Source of the DNA: Vulcanimicrobiota bacterium
GTDB lineage: Bacteria > Vulcanimicrobiota > Vulcanimicrobiia > Vulcanimicrobiales > Vulcanimicrobiaceae
Reading direction: 5' to 3'
DNA: 64,000 bases
NCBI GenBank assembly: GCA_963723515.1
Contig: CAVRQT010000002.1
Span: 384,001-448,000, forward strand
Made by a program: the position numbers and the translations under genes
Part shown: positions 1-10,046 of the stretch, piece by piece
How the letters are laid out: every line of letters starts with the position of its first letter
Numbering within the stretch: the first letter of the stretch is position 1
Notes under the pieces: generated by a model
What the model was told of the DNA's origin: nothing
What the model saw: only the letters and a program-made list of their open reading frames with translations
Database searches by the model: none

Positions 1-1541
1 CCCGTGAAGCGCGTACTGCTGACACGAGCAAACGAAGCATAATGCTTCTTCAAGCAATCGGCGGCGTTGGGGTCATCTTGCGAAACGAAGGCGTGAAAGT
101 ACGGCCATCCATTGACGATGCCGACCAGGGCACGCGACGCAGCCGCGGCTTGGGGTGTTCCGTCCGCGCCGACGGCCATGCGCATCGCGGCATCATCGCG
201 CGCGAAGAGGCCGGGAAAGGTTTCAGCCGCTTGCGCCACCTGCACGATCGGCGTAAAGGCGAACGGCTTTCCAAAAAGCTTTGGCGCAAGAGCCACAACC
301 ACGAGCGATGCGGCCGTGGCAACGGCAACTTGATAGGGCAGCGTTCGTTTGGTGATCTCTTCGATGTGCACGCCGGTGTAGTTTCCGACCCAAACGTTGG
401 CGGTATTTGTCGGATCGCAGACATTCTGGACTTGCACGACGGCCATCATCGCCGCAACCAGAATGACCGGTGGAAAGATGTGGGCCGTCAAGAGCACGGT
501 GAAAACTGCGATCCCTACGCCGAACGGATTGAGCGGCCCACGATAGAGCACGAGCGGGCTCAGCAGGCCAAAGAGGACGACGAACGCGATTGGATTGCGC
601 AGCCAACCGCCTGAAACCAGGGGCTGTAAGGCCGAGGAGAATTGCGGCAGCTTCGTCGCGGTGAGCAACATCCCGATACCGATGAAGAGCAACACCGCCG
701 GAGCGACGTCTTCGAAGCCGCGAATCGCCGCTGCCGTCAGCGCTTCGATCGCTCGCGCCGGCCGCGTCGTCAAGACACCGTAGATTGCGGAAAGCGCAAA
801 CGCTACGATCGGCTCCATGTGAAACGCGAAGTACAGAACGATCGGAAGGATGGGCGTGATCAGCGACCAAGGCGGCACGCGAACGGTTCGATCTTCCGCC
901 GTCTTCACCGCCCACGTGGCGTAGCCGCGCATCGTTCGAAAAGAAACGAAGGCATAGACCAGCAGCGCGATGAGATCGATGAGGGCTAAAACGATCGCGT
1001 ATTCATACATCTGCTGCTGCGAGATGCCGAAGTATTTCGTGTAAAACTGCCAGTTGACGATGTTGAATATGAAGCCGAGCGCAAACGCCATGAGAAAGAG
1101 CGTCGCTGCGATCTTGCGCGGGACGCCCGTCGTCATCATGATTGGGAGCACGATCGAACCGACCATGATGATCGCGCCCAATCCGCTCAGCGACACGAAG
1201 AGCAGCGCCACGACGGCGCAGAGGATCAGCGCGACGATTGCCGGTTCGTCTCCCGCGAACTCGGCCGCAAAGTTCACGATCGTACGCGCGATGCCGCTGT
1301 CGAGCGTCACACGCCCGAGCAGCGCGCCGAAGATCACCGCGACATAAACTTTCGAAAGCGCTGATGCACCATCGACGACGACGCTGCCTAAACTCGCCGG
1401 CAGCTGCGCCAGAGGAATCCCCGCCGCCAGCGTCATGAAGACCGCCATCAGCGGCACGGCGAGCAGCGCGGGTACGATTCGCCGGTACATCAGGATCGCG
1501 AAGATCGCGAAGACGACGAAGATCGAGATGCCGTAAATCAT
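1..1541 (-). CDS. Multi-pass permease (GntP/CitMHS ion-transporter superfamily-like) with C-terminal extension; runs off the left edge
   Basis: Read by hand (absent from the ORF track because there is no stop in the window). ATG at 1541 overlaps the GH20 TGA (ATGA). MIYGISIFVVFAIFAILMYRRIVPALLAVPLMAV...DSGIARTIVNFAAE...LYRGPLNPFG...CDPTNTANVW, with many TM segments. Confidence 0.75.
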   Translation of the reverse strand, partial: MIYGISIFVVFAIFAILMYRRIVPALLAVPLMAVFMTLAAGIPLAQLPASLGSVVVDGASALSKVYVAVIFGALLGRVTLDSGIARTIVNFAAEFAGDEPAIVALILCAVVALLFVSLSGLGAIIMVGSIVLPIMMTTGVPRKIAATLFLMAFALGFIFNIVNWQFYTKYFGISQQQMYEYAIVLALIDLIALLVYAFVSFRTMRGYATWAVKTAEDRTVRVPPWSLITPILPIVLYFAFHMEPIVAFALSAIYGVLTTRPARAIEALTAAAIRGFEDVAPAVLLFIGIGMLLTATKLPQFSSALQPLVSGGWLRNPIAFVVLFGLLSPLVLYRGPLNPFGVGIAVFTVLLTAHIFPPVILVAAMMAVVQVQNVCDPTNTANVWVGNYTGVHIEEITKRTLPYQVAVATAASLVVVALAPKLFGKPFAFTPIVQVAQAAETFPGLFARDDAAMRMAVGADGTPQAAAASRALVGIVNGWPYFHAFVSQDDPNAADCLKKHYASFARVSSTRFT

Positions 1542-3565
1542 GGCGCCGGCGGCAAGCCTAGCGTTTCATCAAAGGTCGGGAAGCGGTGCTCTTTAAGAAA
1601 ATCTTCCGATGTCATGACGGCGATGCGGTCTGCACGCGCGATCGCCGATTGCGCAGCAGCTTGGTAGCGTTCCAGCGCGCTTGCGCGATGCCCGGCGCGG
1701 TTTTCATAATCCCATGCGGCGGCATACAGAGGCGCGAGCTCTTCCATGTTGTCGCGCATCTCCCACAAGAGATATTTTGACACGAACAAGCTGCGTACGG
1801 CGATTCCCAGCTTCGTTTGATTCGTGCGCGCATCGTTATAGTAATAGCGCGCCTCGCGTCCGATTTGAAAATCGCGCGCCAGATAGTCGAGTCGCCGGGC
1901 GGCCAGCGCCATGACGCGGGCGGCATTGCGGTGAAGCGGCGGCTGCGCGGCGGCGAGATGACGTAGCACGCGTTCGGCATCATTGCGCACGCTAGATAAA
2001 GTCGGATCGCTCAAGCGGCCGGCGATCCGGTTATCAAACGGATCGGCCCAAAAAAGAACGTCCGTTGGACCGCTGCCGGCCGCATCGAGCGTGTGCACGA
2101 CATTCCCGAGGGTTTGAATATCGGAATTGAATCTCGCGTCCGCCGAACCGAAGAACGCCGAAGAGAAATCGGCGGCGAAGCGCTGCGGCATGACGTCGCG
2201 CCCTTCCCAGGCTGCGGCCGCCGCGTAAATAACCGGAAACCACGTTGCTTCGTAGAGCGTCTCGCCGTCATCGTGCCAAACGGTTTGAAAGAGGCCCAGT
2301 ACATGGGCGCTCTTGCCTTCATTGATGAACCGCTCTTCGTTTGGGAGCGCGGTCGGAAGATCGGGATAAATCTCGGTCCAATTGTTGGCACCGGGCGCCA
2401 CCATCTGCTCGAATCCGCGGGAGGCGATCGTTCGGATATACGGCAGGAACGTCTTCTCCGCGCCGTACTTCCAGTTGACAATCACCGTACTTTTTGGGAT
2501 GTGATCGAGGATCTGCGGTTGACGCTGAATTGCATCGTCCCAAATCATGACGCGCGCACCGTGCACGAGCGAAGCGACGCGAGAAACGTGCGCCGCATAG
2601 ACGGCGGCGTCACCTTGGCTCGCTACGGCGGCTTGGCTTTGGCCGCGGCCTAAGTCGATCGGCTCATCGGAGCCGATATGAAAGAACGGCGAATTCGGAA
2701 CGGCGGCCAGTTCATCCGAAATCACTTGCTGTAGATATTGATATGTCAATGGATTGACCGGACTCATCAAATAACCGTGCGGCAATTCGGCGGCCGGCGC
2801 GTACTCTTCCCAACGCAGCGTGTTGTGCATGTGCGCGAAGGTTTGCTGCTCCGGGATGAACGTCACGTGGAAGCGGCGGCTATATTGCGCCAGTTCACGC
2901 AGTTGCGGCGGAGTGATTCCGTCGAGCGGTGCAGGCAACGGATTACGCGGATCGAGGAAGACGTGTTCCATGTACGGCGAGTAGCCGTTCATCTTGAAGG
3001 CCGCGATCGTACGAATTCTTTCCTTGAAATAATGCATCGTCGGCAGCGGCCCGCGAGAGACATCGTCGGATAAGATGCGCCAGTGCAGCGCCGGTTGGTC
3101 AGCAATCGCAACGCACGGCAACTGCCAACGGCCGTCGACGCGTTGCGGCAATTGTGCGAGCGTCATCGCTGCATAGAAAGCGCCGGCATCATCACCAGCG
3201 ACGATAAAAATGTGAATCGCCTCAGAAACCGGTGGGACGACTAAGCGATATGCTTGCGGCGGGAGCCGCGGCGAACGCACGACAAGCACTTCCGGCTGAT
3301 CTCCATGCACGAGTTCCGGTATGCCGAGCGCATGCCAACGCTCGTTGATCTCTTCAAATGCTGCCGCATCAAAATTTCGCGCGACTCTGATCGACCGCGT
3401 AAGGTCGAACGTTCTGCGACAAGGCAACGGCTTGACTTGCTGCGGCTGCGGAATCAGCGCGAGATGCTCGACTTGTGCACGCGCCGGACTGGGGATTGCG
3501 ATTGCCACGACTATGCTAAGCGCAGCGATCAACTTCACGGCGCTCGCGTTTCGACGGGTCGCCAT
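1538..3565 (-). CDS. Secreted beta-N-acetylhexosaminidase, GH20 family
   Basis: Signal peptide, LIPQPQ N-domain, IADQPALHWR..DDVSRG, catalytic FHIGSDE, MIWDD, NWKY motifs. The start may be GTG 3538. Confidence 0.88.
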   Translation of the reverse strand: MATRRNASAVKLIAALSIVVAIAIPSPARAQVEHLALIPQPQQVKPLPCRRTFDLTRSIRVARNFDAAAFEEINERWHALGIPELVHGDQPEVLVVRSPRLPPQAYRLVVPPVSEAIHIFIVAGDDAGAFYAAMTLAQLPQRVDGRWQLPCVAIADQPALHWRILSDDVSRGPLPTMHYFKERIRTIAAFKMNGYSPYMEHVFLDPRNPLPAPLDGITPPQLRELAQYSRRFHVTFIPEQQTFAHMHNTLRWEEYAPAAELPHGYLMSPVNPLTYQYLQQVISDELAAVPNSPFFHIGSDEPIDLGRGQSQAAVASQGDAAVYAAHVSRVASLVHGARVMIWDDAIQRQPQILDHIPKSTVIVNWKYGAEKTFLPYIRTIASRGFEQMVAPGANNWTEIYPDLPTALPNEERFINEGKSAHVLGLFQTVWHDDGETLYEATWFPVIYAAAAAWEGRDVMPQRFAADFSSAFFGSADARFNSDIQTLGNVVHTLDAAGSGPTDVLFWADPFDNRIAGRLSDPTLSSVRNDAERVLRHLAAAQPPLHRNAARVMALAARRLDYLARDFQIGREARYYYNDARTNQTKLGIAVRSLFVSKYLLWEMRDNMEELAPLYAAAWDYENRAGHRASALERYQAAAQSAIARADRIAVMTSEDFLKEHRFPTFDETLGLPPAP

Positions 3566-3566
3566 C

Positions 3567-3590
3567 TGTCACCCTGAGCTCGTCGAAGGG
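3567..3590. repeat. REP-like short palindromic element TGTCACCCTGAGCTCGTCGAAGGG (single copy in window)
   Basis: Resembles the widespread GTCA(C/T)CCTGAGC..GTCGAAG(G/A) extragenic repeat family and lies in the divergent intergenic gap. Confidence 0.5.
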
Positions 3591-3664
3591 CAAAGGTAAT
3601 GGCGTCCAATGTGTCACGCTGAGAGAACCAGGGTGGTGCGCGGGGCGATTCGAACCGATGCCCG

Positions 3665-5493
3665 ATGCGTCTGCAGGCCGCCGATTATACGATCATTGCG
3701 GCGTTTTTTCTCATCAATATCGCCATCGGCATTTACTATGCGCGGCGCGGCGGAAAAAGTCTCGGCGAATTTTTCTTAAGCGGCCGCAGCGTGCCATGGT
3801 GGCTCGCCGGCACGTCGATGGTTGCAACGACGTTTGCAGCCGACACGCCGCTTGCCGTTACCGGCTTCGTTGTCAAAAACGGCGTCGCAGGCAATTGGTT
3901 GTGGTGGAACATGGTGATGAGCGGCATGCTGACGGTGTTCTTCTTCGCCGCGCTTTGGCGACGTTCGGGCGTCCTGACGGACGTTGAATTCATCGAGTTA
4001 CGTTACGCCGGCAAGCCGGCCGCCGCGCTCCGGGGCGTGCGCGCGATCTACCAAGGGGTCGTCATCAACACGATCATCATGGGCTGGGTCAATTTGGCGA
4101 TCGCGAAAATCCTCGGCCTGACGCTGCATATCCCGAAATGGGAAGCGATTTTGATTTGCCTCTTCCTGACGGGCCTCTATGTTGCGATCGGCGGGTTATG
4201 GAGCGTGCTGGTCACCGACCTCTTGCAGTTCGTCGTAAAAATGTCGATGGCCATCGTGCTCGCCGTTGCCGCGGTGGCGGCGGTCGGCGGCGTGTGGTCG
4301 TTGCGCGCGCATCTGGCGGTCATCGATTCAGCTCGTCACATCGCCGGCGGGGGATCGGTTCTCGCCTTCTTTCCGACGTCCAATGCCGCCTGGATGCCGC
4401 TGCTCAGTTTTGTCGTCTTTCTGAGCGTCTCGTGGTGGGCGTCGTCCTACCCTGGTGCTGAGCCGGGCGGCGGCGGATACATCGCGCAACGCATCTTCGC
4501 TTCAAAGAACGAAAAACACGCGATCGGTGCCACGCTCTTCTTCAACGTTGCGCATTACGCGCTGCGTCCATGGCCGTGGATTCTCGTCGCCCTGGCCGCA
4601 TTGGTGCTTTACCCGCATGGTGTCGCCGATCCGATCACCGGCAAGATCGATCCGGAGCTGAACTACATTCAAGCGATGATCGACCATCTGCCGGCGTCGC
4701 TGCGCGGCTTGATGATGGCGGGCTTCTTGGCCGCATATATGTCGACGATCGGCACGCAGCTCAACCTTGGCGCTTCGTACTTGACGAACGATCTTTACCG
4801 GCGATTCATTCGCCGCGACGCATCAGAGACACATTACGTATGGATATCGCGGTTGATGACGATCGTCGCGATGGTGCTAGCGGCAGTTGCGACGCTCGGT
4901 ATGGATTCAATCGGCAAAGCATGGGCGTTCATCATCACCTTCACTGCCGGCGTCGGTCTGGTCATGATCCTGCGCTGGTATTGGTGGCGCATCAACGCCT
5001 GGACCGAAATCTCGGCCCTCTTGGCCTCGGGTATCATCGCCACGATACTGCAACTCGTCTTGCCGGAAAGTCCGAATCAAACGGCGATCATTTTACTGCT
5101 GACGGTTCCGATCACCACATCGTTTGGGTGGCGGTCACATTTGCAACTCGGCCGGAGCCGCTTGAAACGCTTGCCAACTTCTATCGGAAGGTTCAGCCCA
5201 ATGCTTTCGGCTGGCGACCGGTTTCGCGCGCTACGGGCTTCATCAGCAGCGGCATGAGTTTAGGGATTACAATTGCGGATTGGGTTGCGGGCTGTGGACT
5301 CGTCTACTTTGCTCTGTTCGGCATCGGCAAGGTCGTGCTCGGTGAAGCGCTTCCGGGCATCGGCCTACTGGTCGCGGCGGGAGTATGCGGCGCCTTTATC
5401 ATCTGGGATATGAACCGTCGCGACTGGGAATCGGCCCATCCGCGTGCAACAGCTTCTCAGCCGGCGGCCGCGCCAACCGTCGCATCATTATAA
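3665..5493 (+). CDS. Sodium:solute symporter (SSF), frameshift near 5120
   Basis: FFLSGRSVPWW, SMVATTFAADTP, GGLWSVLVTD, AQRIFASKNE, LAAYMST motifs. The C-terminus (VWVAVTFATRPEP...) continues in the 4570..5493 frame. Confidence 0.88.
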
Positions 5494-5506
5494 AGGAAGA
5501 AACCCT

Positions 5507-6232
5507 ATGAGATTCGCCCTTCTCGCTTGCGCGCTCGCCGCCGCGACTCTTCCGTCGGCGGCGTTTGCCGACAATAATAAGACACTGCAAAGCATCCGCG
5601 GCCACGTCGCCTACCAGCGTGGAAACGCGCCGCAAAAGCCGCTCGCGATGAACGCGACGATCGTCCTCGCGGACCGTGATTATGCGATGACGGGTGCGCA
5701 ATCGCAAGGCGCCGTCACGCTCGCGGACTCGTCGCGCGTCACGATGGGGGCGGAAACGAAAGTGCAGCTTGCCTTCTTCAATCAAGCCGCGGGCAACAAC
5801 GCAAAATTTTTGATCCTCAACGGCAAGACGCGTTTCGAAGTCCAACACCCGAGCGGCGCCAAAGCCAACTACACGTTCTCAACGCCGACGGCGGACATCG
5901 CCGTGCGCGGCACGGAAGGCGACATCGCAGTTTCGCAAGATCAACTGCAGGTGAACGTCTACGGCGTCAGCGATCCGAACTTGCCGGTCGCGGTGACCTT
6001 TACCACCGGCGACAAAGCAGGCCAGACGGTGATCGTTAAGGCTGGCCAGTCACTCGTTGCGTCGTTCGTCAATGGCATAGTCACAGAACAAACGCAGAAC
6101 TTGACCGATCAGGTGCTCGCGCCGTTTGACACCGAGTTCGGCAATCCGGTGTCATGTTGGAAATGCGCCGTAGACAGCTTGAAGAACAGCCTGATCAATC
6201 AGGTAAAGAGCAAGATCCCTATTCCGTTTTAG
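5507..6232 (+). CDS. Secreted FecR-domain protein
   Basis: AAAGGA RBS, signal peptide, LADSSRVTMGAET, TPTADIAVRGT FecR motif. Confidence 0.75.
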   Translation: MRFALLACALAAATLPSAAFADNNKTLQSIRGHVAYQRGNAPQKPLAMNATIVLADRDYAMTGAQSQGAVTLADSSRVTMGAETKVQLAFFNQAAGNNAKFLILNGKTRFEVQHPSGAKANYTFSTPTADIAVRGTEGDIAVSQDQLQVNVYGVSDPNLPVAVTFTTGDKAGQTVIVKAGQSLVASFVNGIVTEQTQNLTDQVLAPFDTEFGNPVSCWKCAVDSLKNSLINQVKSKIPIPF

Positions 6233-6246
6233 GGGGACCCCGGTAC

Positions 6247-6651
6247 CTAGACGGCTTCGGTGATCGCTCCGTCGCGCCGATCGAACGCGGCTTCCAGAGC
6301 GCGCAGGTAACTCAAGAGATTCTCGGCCGTCACTTCTTGCGCGCCGGCGGCTTTCTCGACGAGCGCTTCATCGACACGCGCTAACTCGACCCTGCGATCG
6401 TCGCTGAGCGTCGCATACTCGATGAAACGAAAGACCGTTTGATTGACGAATTCGCAGCGGCGAATCAACGCATCGTATGACGCTAACGCTTCCGGACTGA
6501 AGTAATCCGCGTGGCGCTCGTTCAGCAATGCGAGCGCCTCACCGACGAGAGCCCGAACTTGCTCGTCGGCTAGGCGTCGTGCCACCTCGTCGCCGTATCC
6601 CGCAAACTCCGGAATCCTCGCTTTAATCGCATCCAACGGTTGATCCATCAT
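6247..6651 (-). CDS. Conserved hypothetical protein
   Basis: MMDQPLDAIKARIPEFAGY...RRLADEQVR; helical protein-like composition. Confidence 0.6.
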   Translation of the reverse strand: MMDQPLDAIKARIPEFAGYGDEVARRLADEQVRALVGEALALLNERHADYFSPEALASYDALIRRCEFVNQTVFRFIEYATLSDDRRVELARVDEALVEKAAGAQEVTAENLLSYLRALEAAFDRRDGAITEAV

Positions 6652-6692
6652 TATCTCGCTACGACAAGCGGTCGCCTGATGCCTCGGCTGCA

Positions 6693-6720
6693 CAATCCGC
6701 GTCGCGCGCAACGGCGTTCT
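6693..6720 (+). promoter_or_regulatory. Possible ECF-sigma (autoregulatory) promoter CAATCC-N16-CGTT
   Basis: ATCC/CGT motif spacing typical of SigK-like ECF promoters, about 40 nt upstream of the sigma gene. Confidence 0.3.
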
Positions 6721-6758
6721 ATCGAGGTCAGCCACTGGGCGAAGCGAACGAAAGTGAG

Positions 6759-7292
6759 GTGCAGGATGCGAGCCGGCTTATGGAGCGTGTGCGTCAACGT
6801 GACGGCGCCGCATTCGAATCTCTTTACGATGATTACCACCGCCTCGTCTATGGCATCGCCTTGCGCATTCTCGGCGACGTGCCCGCGGCTGAAGATGTCA
6901 CGCAGGCCGTTTTCTTGAAAGTCTGGAGCTCGCCGCAATCGTTCGCCCAAGGCAATTTCGCCGCGTGGATCGCGCGCGTGACGCGTAATCGCGCGCTGGA
7001 CGTGGTGCGTAATCGCAACGTTCGGCAAGAGAGCGAAGCCCCGGAGACGATGCCGGCCGATGACGCGCTTGAAGATCGCGCGTTCGCGATGCTGGATGCC
7101 GAATTCGTTCGCAGCGCGCTCGCACGGCTCCCTGAAGAACAGCGCCGGCCGATTGAACTGGGCTTTTTCGGCGCATTGACACATGAGGAGATCGCGCGCC
7201 GGATGGGCATCCCGCTCGGCACGATCAAGACGCGAATCCGCACGGGCTTGCGACGATTGCGCGCCCAACTCGACGGCGTGGTGACGGCGTGA
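6759..7292 (+). CDS. ECF RNA polymerase sigma-70 factor (SigK-like)
   Basis: AEDVTQAVFLKVW, RNRALD, region 4 LTHEEIARRMGIPLGTIKTRIR. Confidence 0.92.
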   Translation: MQDASRLMERVRQRDGAAFESLYDDYHRLVYGIALRILGDVPAAEDVTQAVFLKVWSSPQSFAQGNFAAWIARVTRNRALDVVRNRNVRQESEAPETMPADDALEDRAFAMLDAEFVRSALARLPEEQRRPIELGFFGALTHEEIARRMGIPLGTIKTRIRTGLRRLRAQLDGVVTA

Positions 7293-8062
7293 ACGCGCAC
7301 GACGAATTTCTTGATTCGGTCGCGGTTTACGCGCTCGGTTCGCTGCCGACAAGCGAGGCCGCCAATGTGCGCGCCCATCTGCGCACTTGCTCGCAATGTC
7401 GCGCGGAATATGACGCGCTGCGGCCGGCGGTCGATGCGCTCGCGCTCTCGGCGGAAGCCTGCGTCGATGGAAGAACCGGACCCGCGCCTTCGCAGCTCCT
7501 CAAATCGAGGATTATGCGCACCGTGCAAGGCGAAAGTCGCACGCAGCCTGTCCCGCAATCGAAGATGCGTCCGTCGTGGCCGGCAATGATCGTCGCAGCG
7601 GCCGCAATCGTGCTCGCTGTTTGGACGACAGCGACGAATCTGATGCTGCGCTCGGATCTTTCGCAAACGCGTGAGCAGCTCTCACAACTTCAGACACAAA
7701 ACACGGCGCTCGACCGCCGCTTAGCCGCCCAGCGAATCATGATTGCCGACGTCATGGACACGAGCGCAAAGCGCTTCCCCGTCAACGGCGGCGAAGTGAT
7801 CAAGCGCAACGGCCATCTCTACATCGCGATGGACGGCATGCCGATGCCGCCGAAAGGGCATGTCTACCAAGCCTGGACGCAGCCCATGGGCGCCCAAAAG
7901 ATGGCGCCATCGATTACGTTCATGCCTGACCGCTCGGGTGTCGCGCTGGTCTCCTTGCCGGTCAACGCGTCGGCAATTGCTGCAGTCGCGGTCAGCGTCG
8001 AACCGGACGGCGGCAGTAAGGCGCCGACGAGCAAGCCGGAGTTCGTCGTCAAGCTCAGTTGA
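7289..8062 (+). CDS. Anti-sigma factor, zf-HC2 + TM + RskA domain
   Basis: HLRTCSQC, single TM, VYQAW, AVSVEPDGGSKAPT; GTGA coupling to the sigma gene. Confidence 0.9.
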   Translation: MNAHDEFLDSVAVYALGSLPTSEAANVRAHLRTCSQCRAEYDALRPAVDALALSAEACVDGRTGPAPSQLLKSRIMRTVQGESRTQPVPQSKMRPSWPAMIVAAAAIVLAVWTTATNLMLRSDLSQTREQLSQLQTQNTALDRRLAAQRIMIADVMDTSAKRFPVNGGEVIKRNGHLYIAMDGMPMPPKGHVYQAWTQPMGAQKMAPSITFMPDRSGVALVSLPVNASAIAAVAVSVEPDGGSKAPTSKPEFVVKLS

Positions 8063-8880
8063 TCGCGCCGGCGGTTCGCGCAGTCGGGCCGCAAGACGAG
8101 ATTGCCGTTCGCCGCTTTCTCGCTGAAGAGCCATACGAAAACGTCTATCTCGATTGGCTGCTTCGACAGCGGCGCAACGCTCGAGAACGCCTCTATTGCT
8201 TTCGCCGTGCAGACGGCTGCGTTCAAGGAGCAGCCTACTACGGTCGCCAGACGGTTTTAGCGGCCACCTCCACGGAGGCGGTTCTCGCCTTCGCCGGCTT
8301 GGCGCACGATTTCAACGATGAACGGATGATCGTCGCGCCGCACGACACCGCGCATCAGTTCTGGCAATGCGTGCAGGGCTGGCATCGCGCGCCACGATTG
8401 ATCCGTGCGCGACAACCGGTGTTCGTCTTGGACGCTCCTCGCGTGCAGCAGCGTTCGCTCGTCACGGTTCGTCTCGCGCGCGAAGTTGAAGCCGCTGAGG
8501 TGGCAAGGAATTCGGCGGCCATGATCGAGCAAGAGCTCGGATACGATCCGCGTCGCATCGCCGGCGACTTCTCTGAGAATGTCGAGCAGATGATCGCCGG
8601 GGGATTATGGTGGGTCGCAACGCTGGACCGGCGGCTCTGCTTCTTCTGCCACGTCGGTCCGAGTAGCCGCTACACGGTGCAATTGCAGGGGGTTTGGACG
8701 CCACCCGGTTTGCGCCGTCGCGGTCTGGCGGTGGACGCGCTGGGGCAGATCTGCACACGCCTCCTCGAGCGCTATCCGACGATCTCGCTCTACGTGAACG
8801 ATTTCAACGAAGCGGCGATCGCGCTCTATCGCAAGCTCGGCTTCGTCGAACGGGGCGCGCTCGCGACGTATCTGTTCTAA
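8059..8880 (+). CDS. GNAT acetyltransferase (FR47-like)
   Basis: GVWTPPGLRRRGLA, LYVNDFNEAAIALYRKLGF. Confidence 0.85.
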   Translation: MIAPAVRAVGPQDEIAVRRFLAEEPYENVYLDWLLRQRRNARERLYCFRRADGCVQGAAYYGRQTVLAATSTEAVLAFAGLAHDFNDERMIVAPHDTAHQFWQCVQGWHRAPRLIRARQPVFVLDAPRVQQRSLVTVRLAREVEAAEVARNSAAMIEQELGYDPRRIAGDFSENVEQMIAGGLWWVATLDRRLCFFCHVGPSSRYTVQLQGVWTPPGLRRRGLAVDALGQICTRLLERYPTISLYVNDFNEAAIALYRKLGFVERGALATYLF

Positions 8881-8881
8881 G

Positions 8882-9064
8882 TCATTCCCGCCGGTGAATC
8901 GAGCCCTCGACTTGTGTGACGCCGGACTTCACAGCGGTTTCACCGCGCATGAACAGTGCGGCGATCCAACGCAAGATGGCGACGACGCCGACGATCGCCA
9001 AGATGAAGATAATGATGAACGCCCACGCCGCCGCGTGGAGCAGATGCAGCACGAACCCGGTCAT
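8882..9064 (-). CDS. Small membrane protein
   Basis: AAGGAGG RBS on the minus strand; one long hydrophobic helix. Confidence 0.7.
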   Translation of the reverse strand: MTGFVLHLLHAAAWAFIIIFILAIVGVVAILRWIAALFMRGETAVKSGVTQVEGSIHRRE

Positions 9065-9119
9065 GCGCTACCTCCTTCGCAGTTTTTCGCCGGCGCATCA
9101 ACCCGCGCCTTAGGCGGGG

Positions 9120-9365
9120 CTAACGCTCGTTGCGGGCTTCTCCGGCGCGATACCGGTAGACGATGCGTCCCTTCGTGAGATCGTATGGCGACACTTCGAG
9201 ATCGACGCGATCGCCAGGCAACAATTTGATGTGATGCCGGCGCAAGCGCCCGGCGATATGTCCCAGAATCGTTCGGCCGTTTTCCAGCTCGACAGCAAAG
9301 GTCGTGCTGGGGAAAATTTGTTTAATCGTGCCGAAAAGCTCGAGCGGCGCCTCTTTCACCGGCAC
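9120..9365 (-). CDS. infA: Translation initiation factor IF-1; may extend further 5'
   Basis: FAVELENGRTILGHIAGRLRRHHIKLLPGDRVDLEVSPYDLTKGRIVYRY. Confidence 0.92.
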   Translation of the reverse strand: MPVKEAPLELFGTIKQIFPSTTFAVELENGRTILGHIAGRLRRHHIKLLPGDRVDLEVSPYDLTKGRIVYRYRAGEARNER

Positions 9366-9518
9366 AACGGGACCGGTACCTGCGGTTTGTTTGGCGGCGC
9401 GCCGCTCGCGACGTGGCGGACCGACGGCGGCCGGCTACGACAGAATCCCTATATCGATGATCATCCACTTAGTATAGCGGATGACCCCTACTTCGGTGCC
9501 TACAATTCGGCAAGACCA

Positions 9519-9576
9519 TTGACGTAGGAGTACTGTATGACATATAGTGTGTACCACATACTGTCTGTCAAATAGG
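9519..9576 (+). promoter_or_regulatory. Sigma70 promoter TTGACG-N18-TATAGT overlapped by two related imperfect palindromes (putative PadR operators)
   Basis: ACTGTATGACATATAGT (9532-9548) and ACTGTCTGTCAAATAGG (9560-9576), upstream of the padR operon. Confidence 0.6.
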
Positions 9577-9592
9577 AAAAGGAGCCGCGACT

Positions 9593-9703
9593 ATGATTAC
9601 CCGCGCCGATCACCAGCCTCTAGGCAAAACCGTCAACGATGCCGGCCTTGAGTCGTTGCCAAACCTGCGCACAACGTTCGCCGGCTGGGGCCCGAGGATC
9701 TAA
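9593..9703 (+). CDS. Putative 36-aa small protein/leader peptide
   Basis: AGGAAAAGGAG RBS followed by ATG: MITRADHQPLGKTVNDAGLESLPNLRTTFAGWGPRI*. Confidence 0.45.
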   Translation: MITRADHQPLGKTVNDAGLESLPNLRTTFAGWGPRI

Positions 9704-9709
9704 AGCCGC

Positions 9710-10042
9710 TTGGGCACCGGCGTTTTTGAGAACCTTCGCCTTGAATTGCGGCGCGGGGCGCTCACGCTGGCCGTGCTTGCGCATTTGCACACCGAGCATT
9801 ACGGATACACGCTGCGCCAAGCGCTCGCAGATCAGGGTTTGGAAATCGATGAAGGCACGCTCTATCCACTGCTCCGCCGGCTTGAAAGCCAAGGGCTGTT
9901 GCTCAGCGAGTGGCGCGAAGAGAATCGCCGCAACAAGCGCTTCTACCGACTCTCGGAGACCGGCAAGGCGATCAGAGACCAACTGCTTGCCGAGTGGCAA
10001 CGCATCAACGCCTCACTCGAACGCATCCTTCAGGAGACTTAA
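9710..10042 (+). CDS. PadR-family transcriptional regulator
   Basis: LRRGALTLAVL, YGYTL, EGTLYPLLRRLE, RFYRLSETG. Confidence 0.9.
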   Translation: MGTGVFENLRLELRRGALTLAVLAHLHTEHYGYTLRQALADQGLEIDEGTLYPLLRRLESQGLLLSEWREENRRNKRFYRLSETGKAIRDQLLAEWQRINASLERILQET

Positions 10043-10046
10043 GCTC

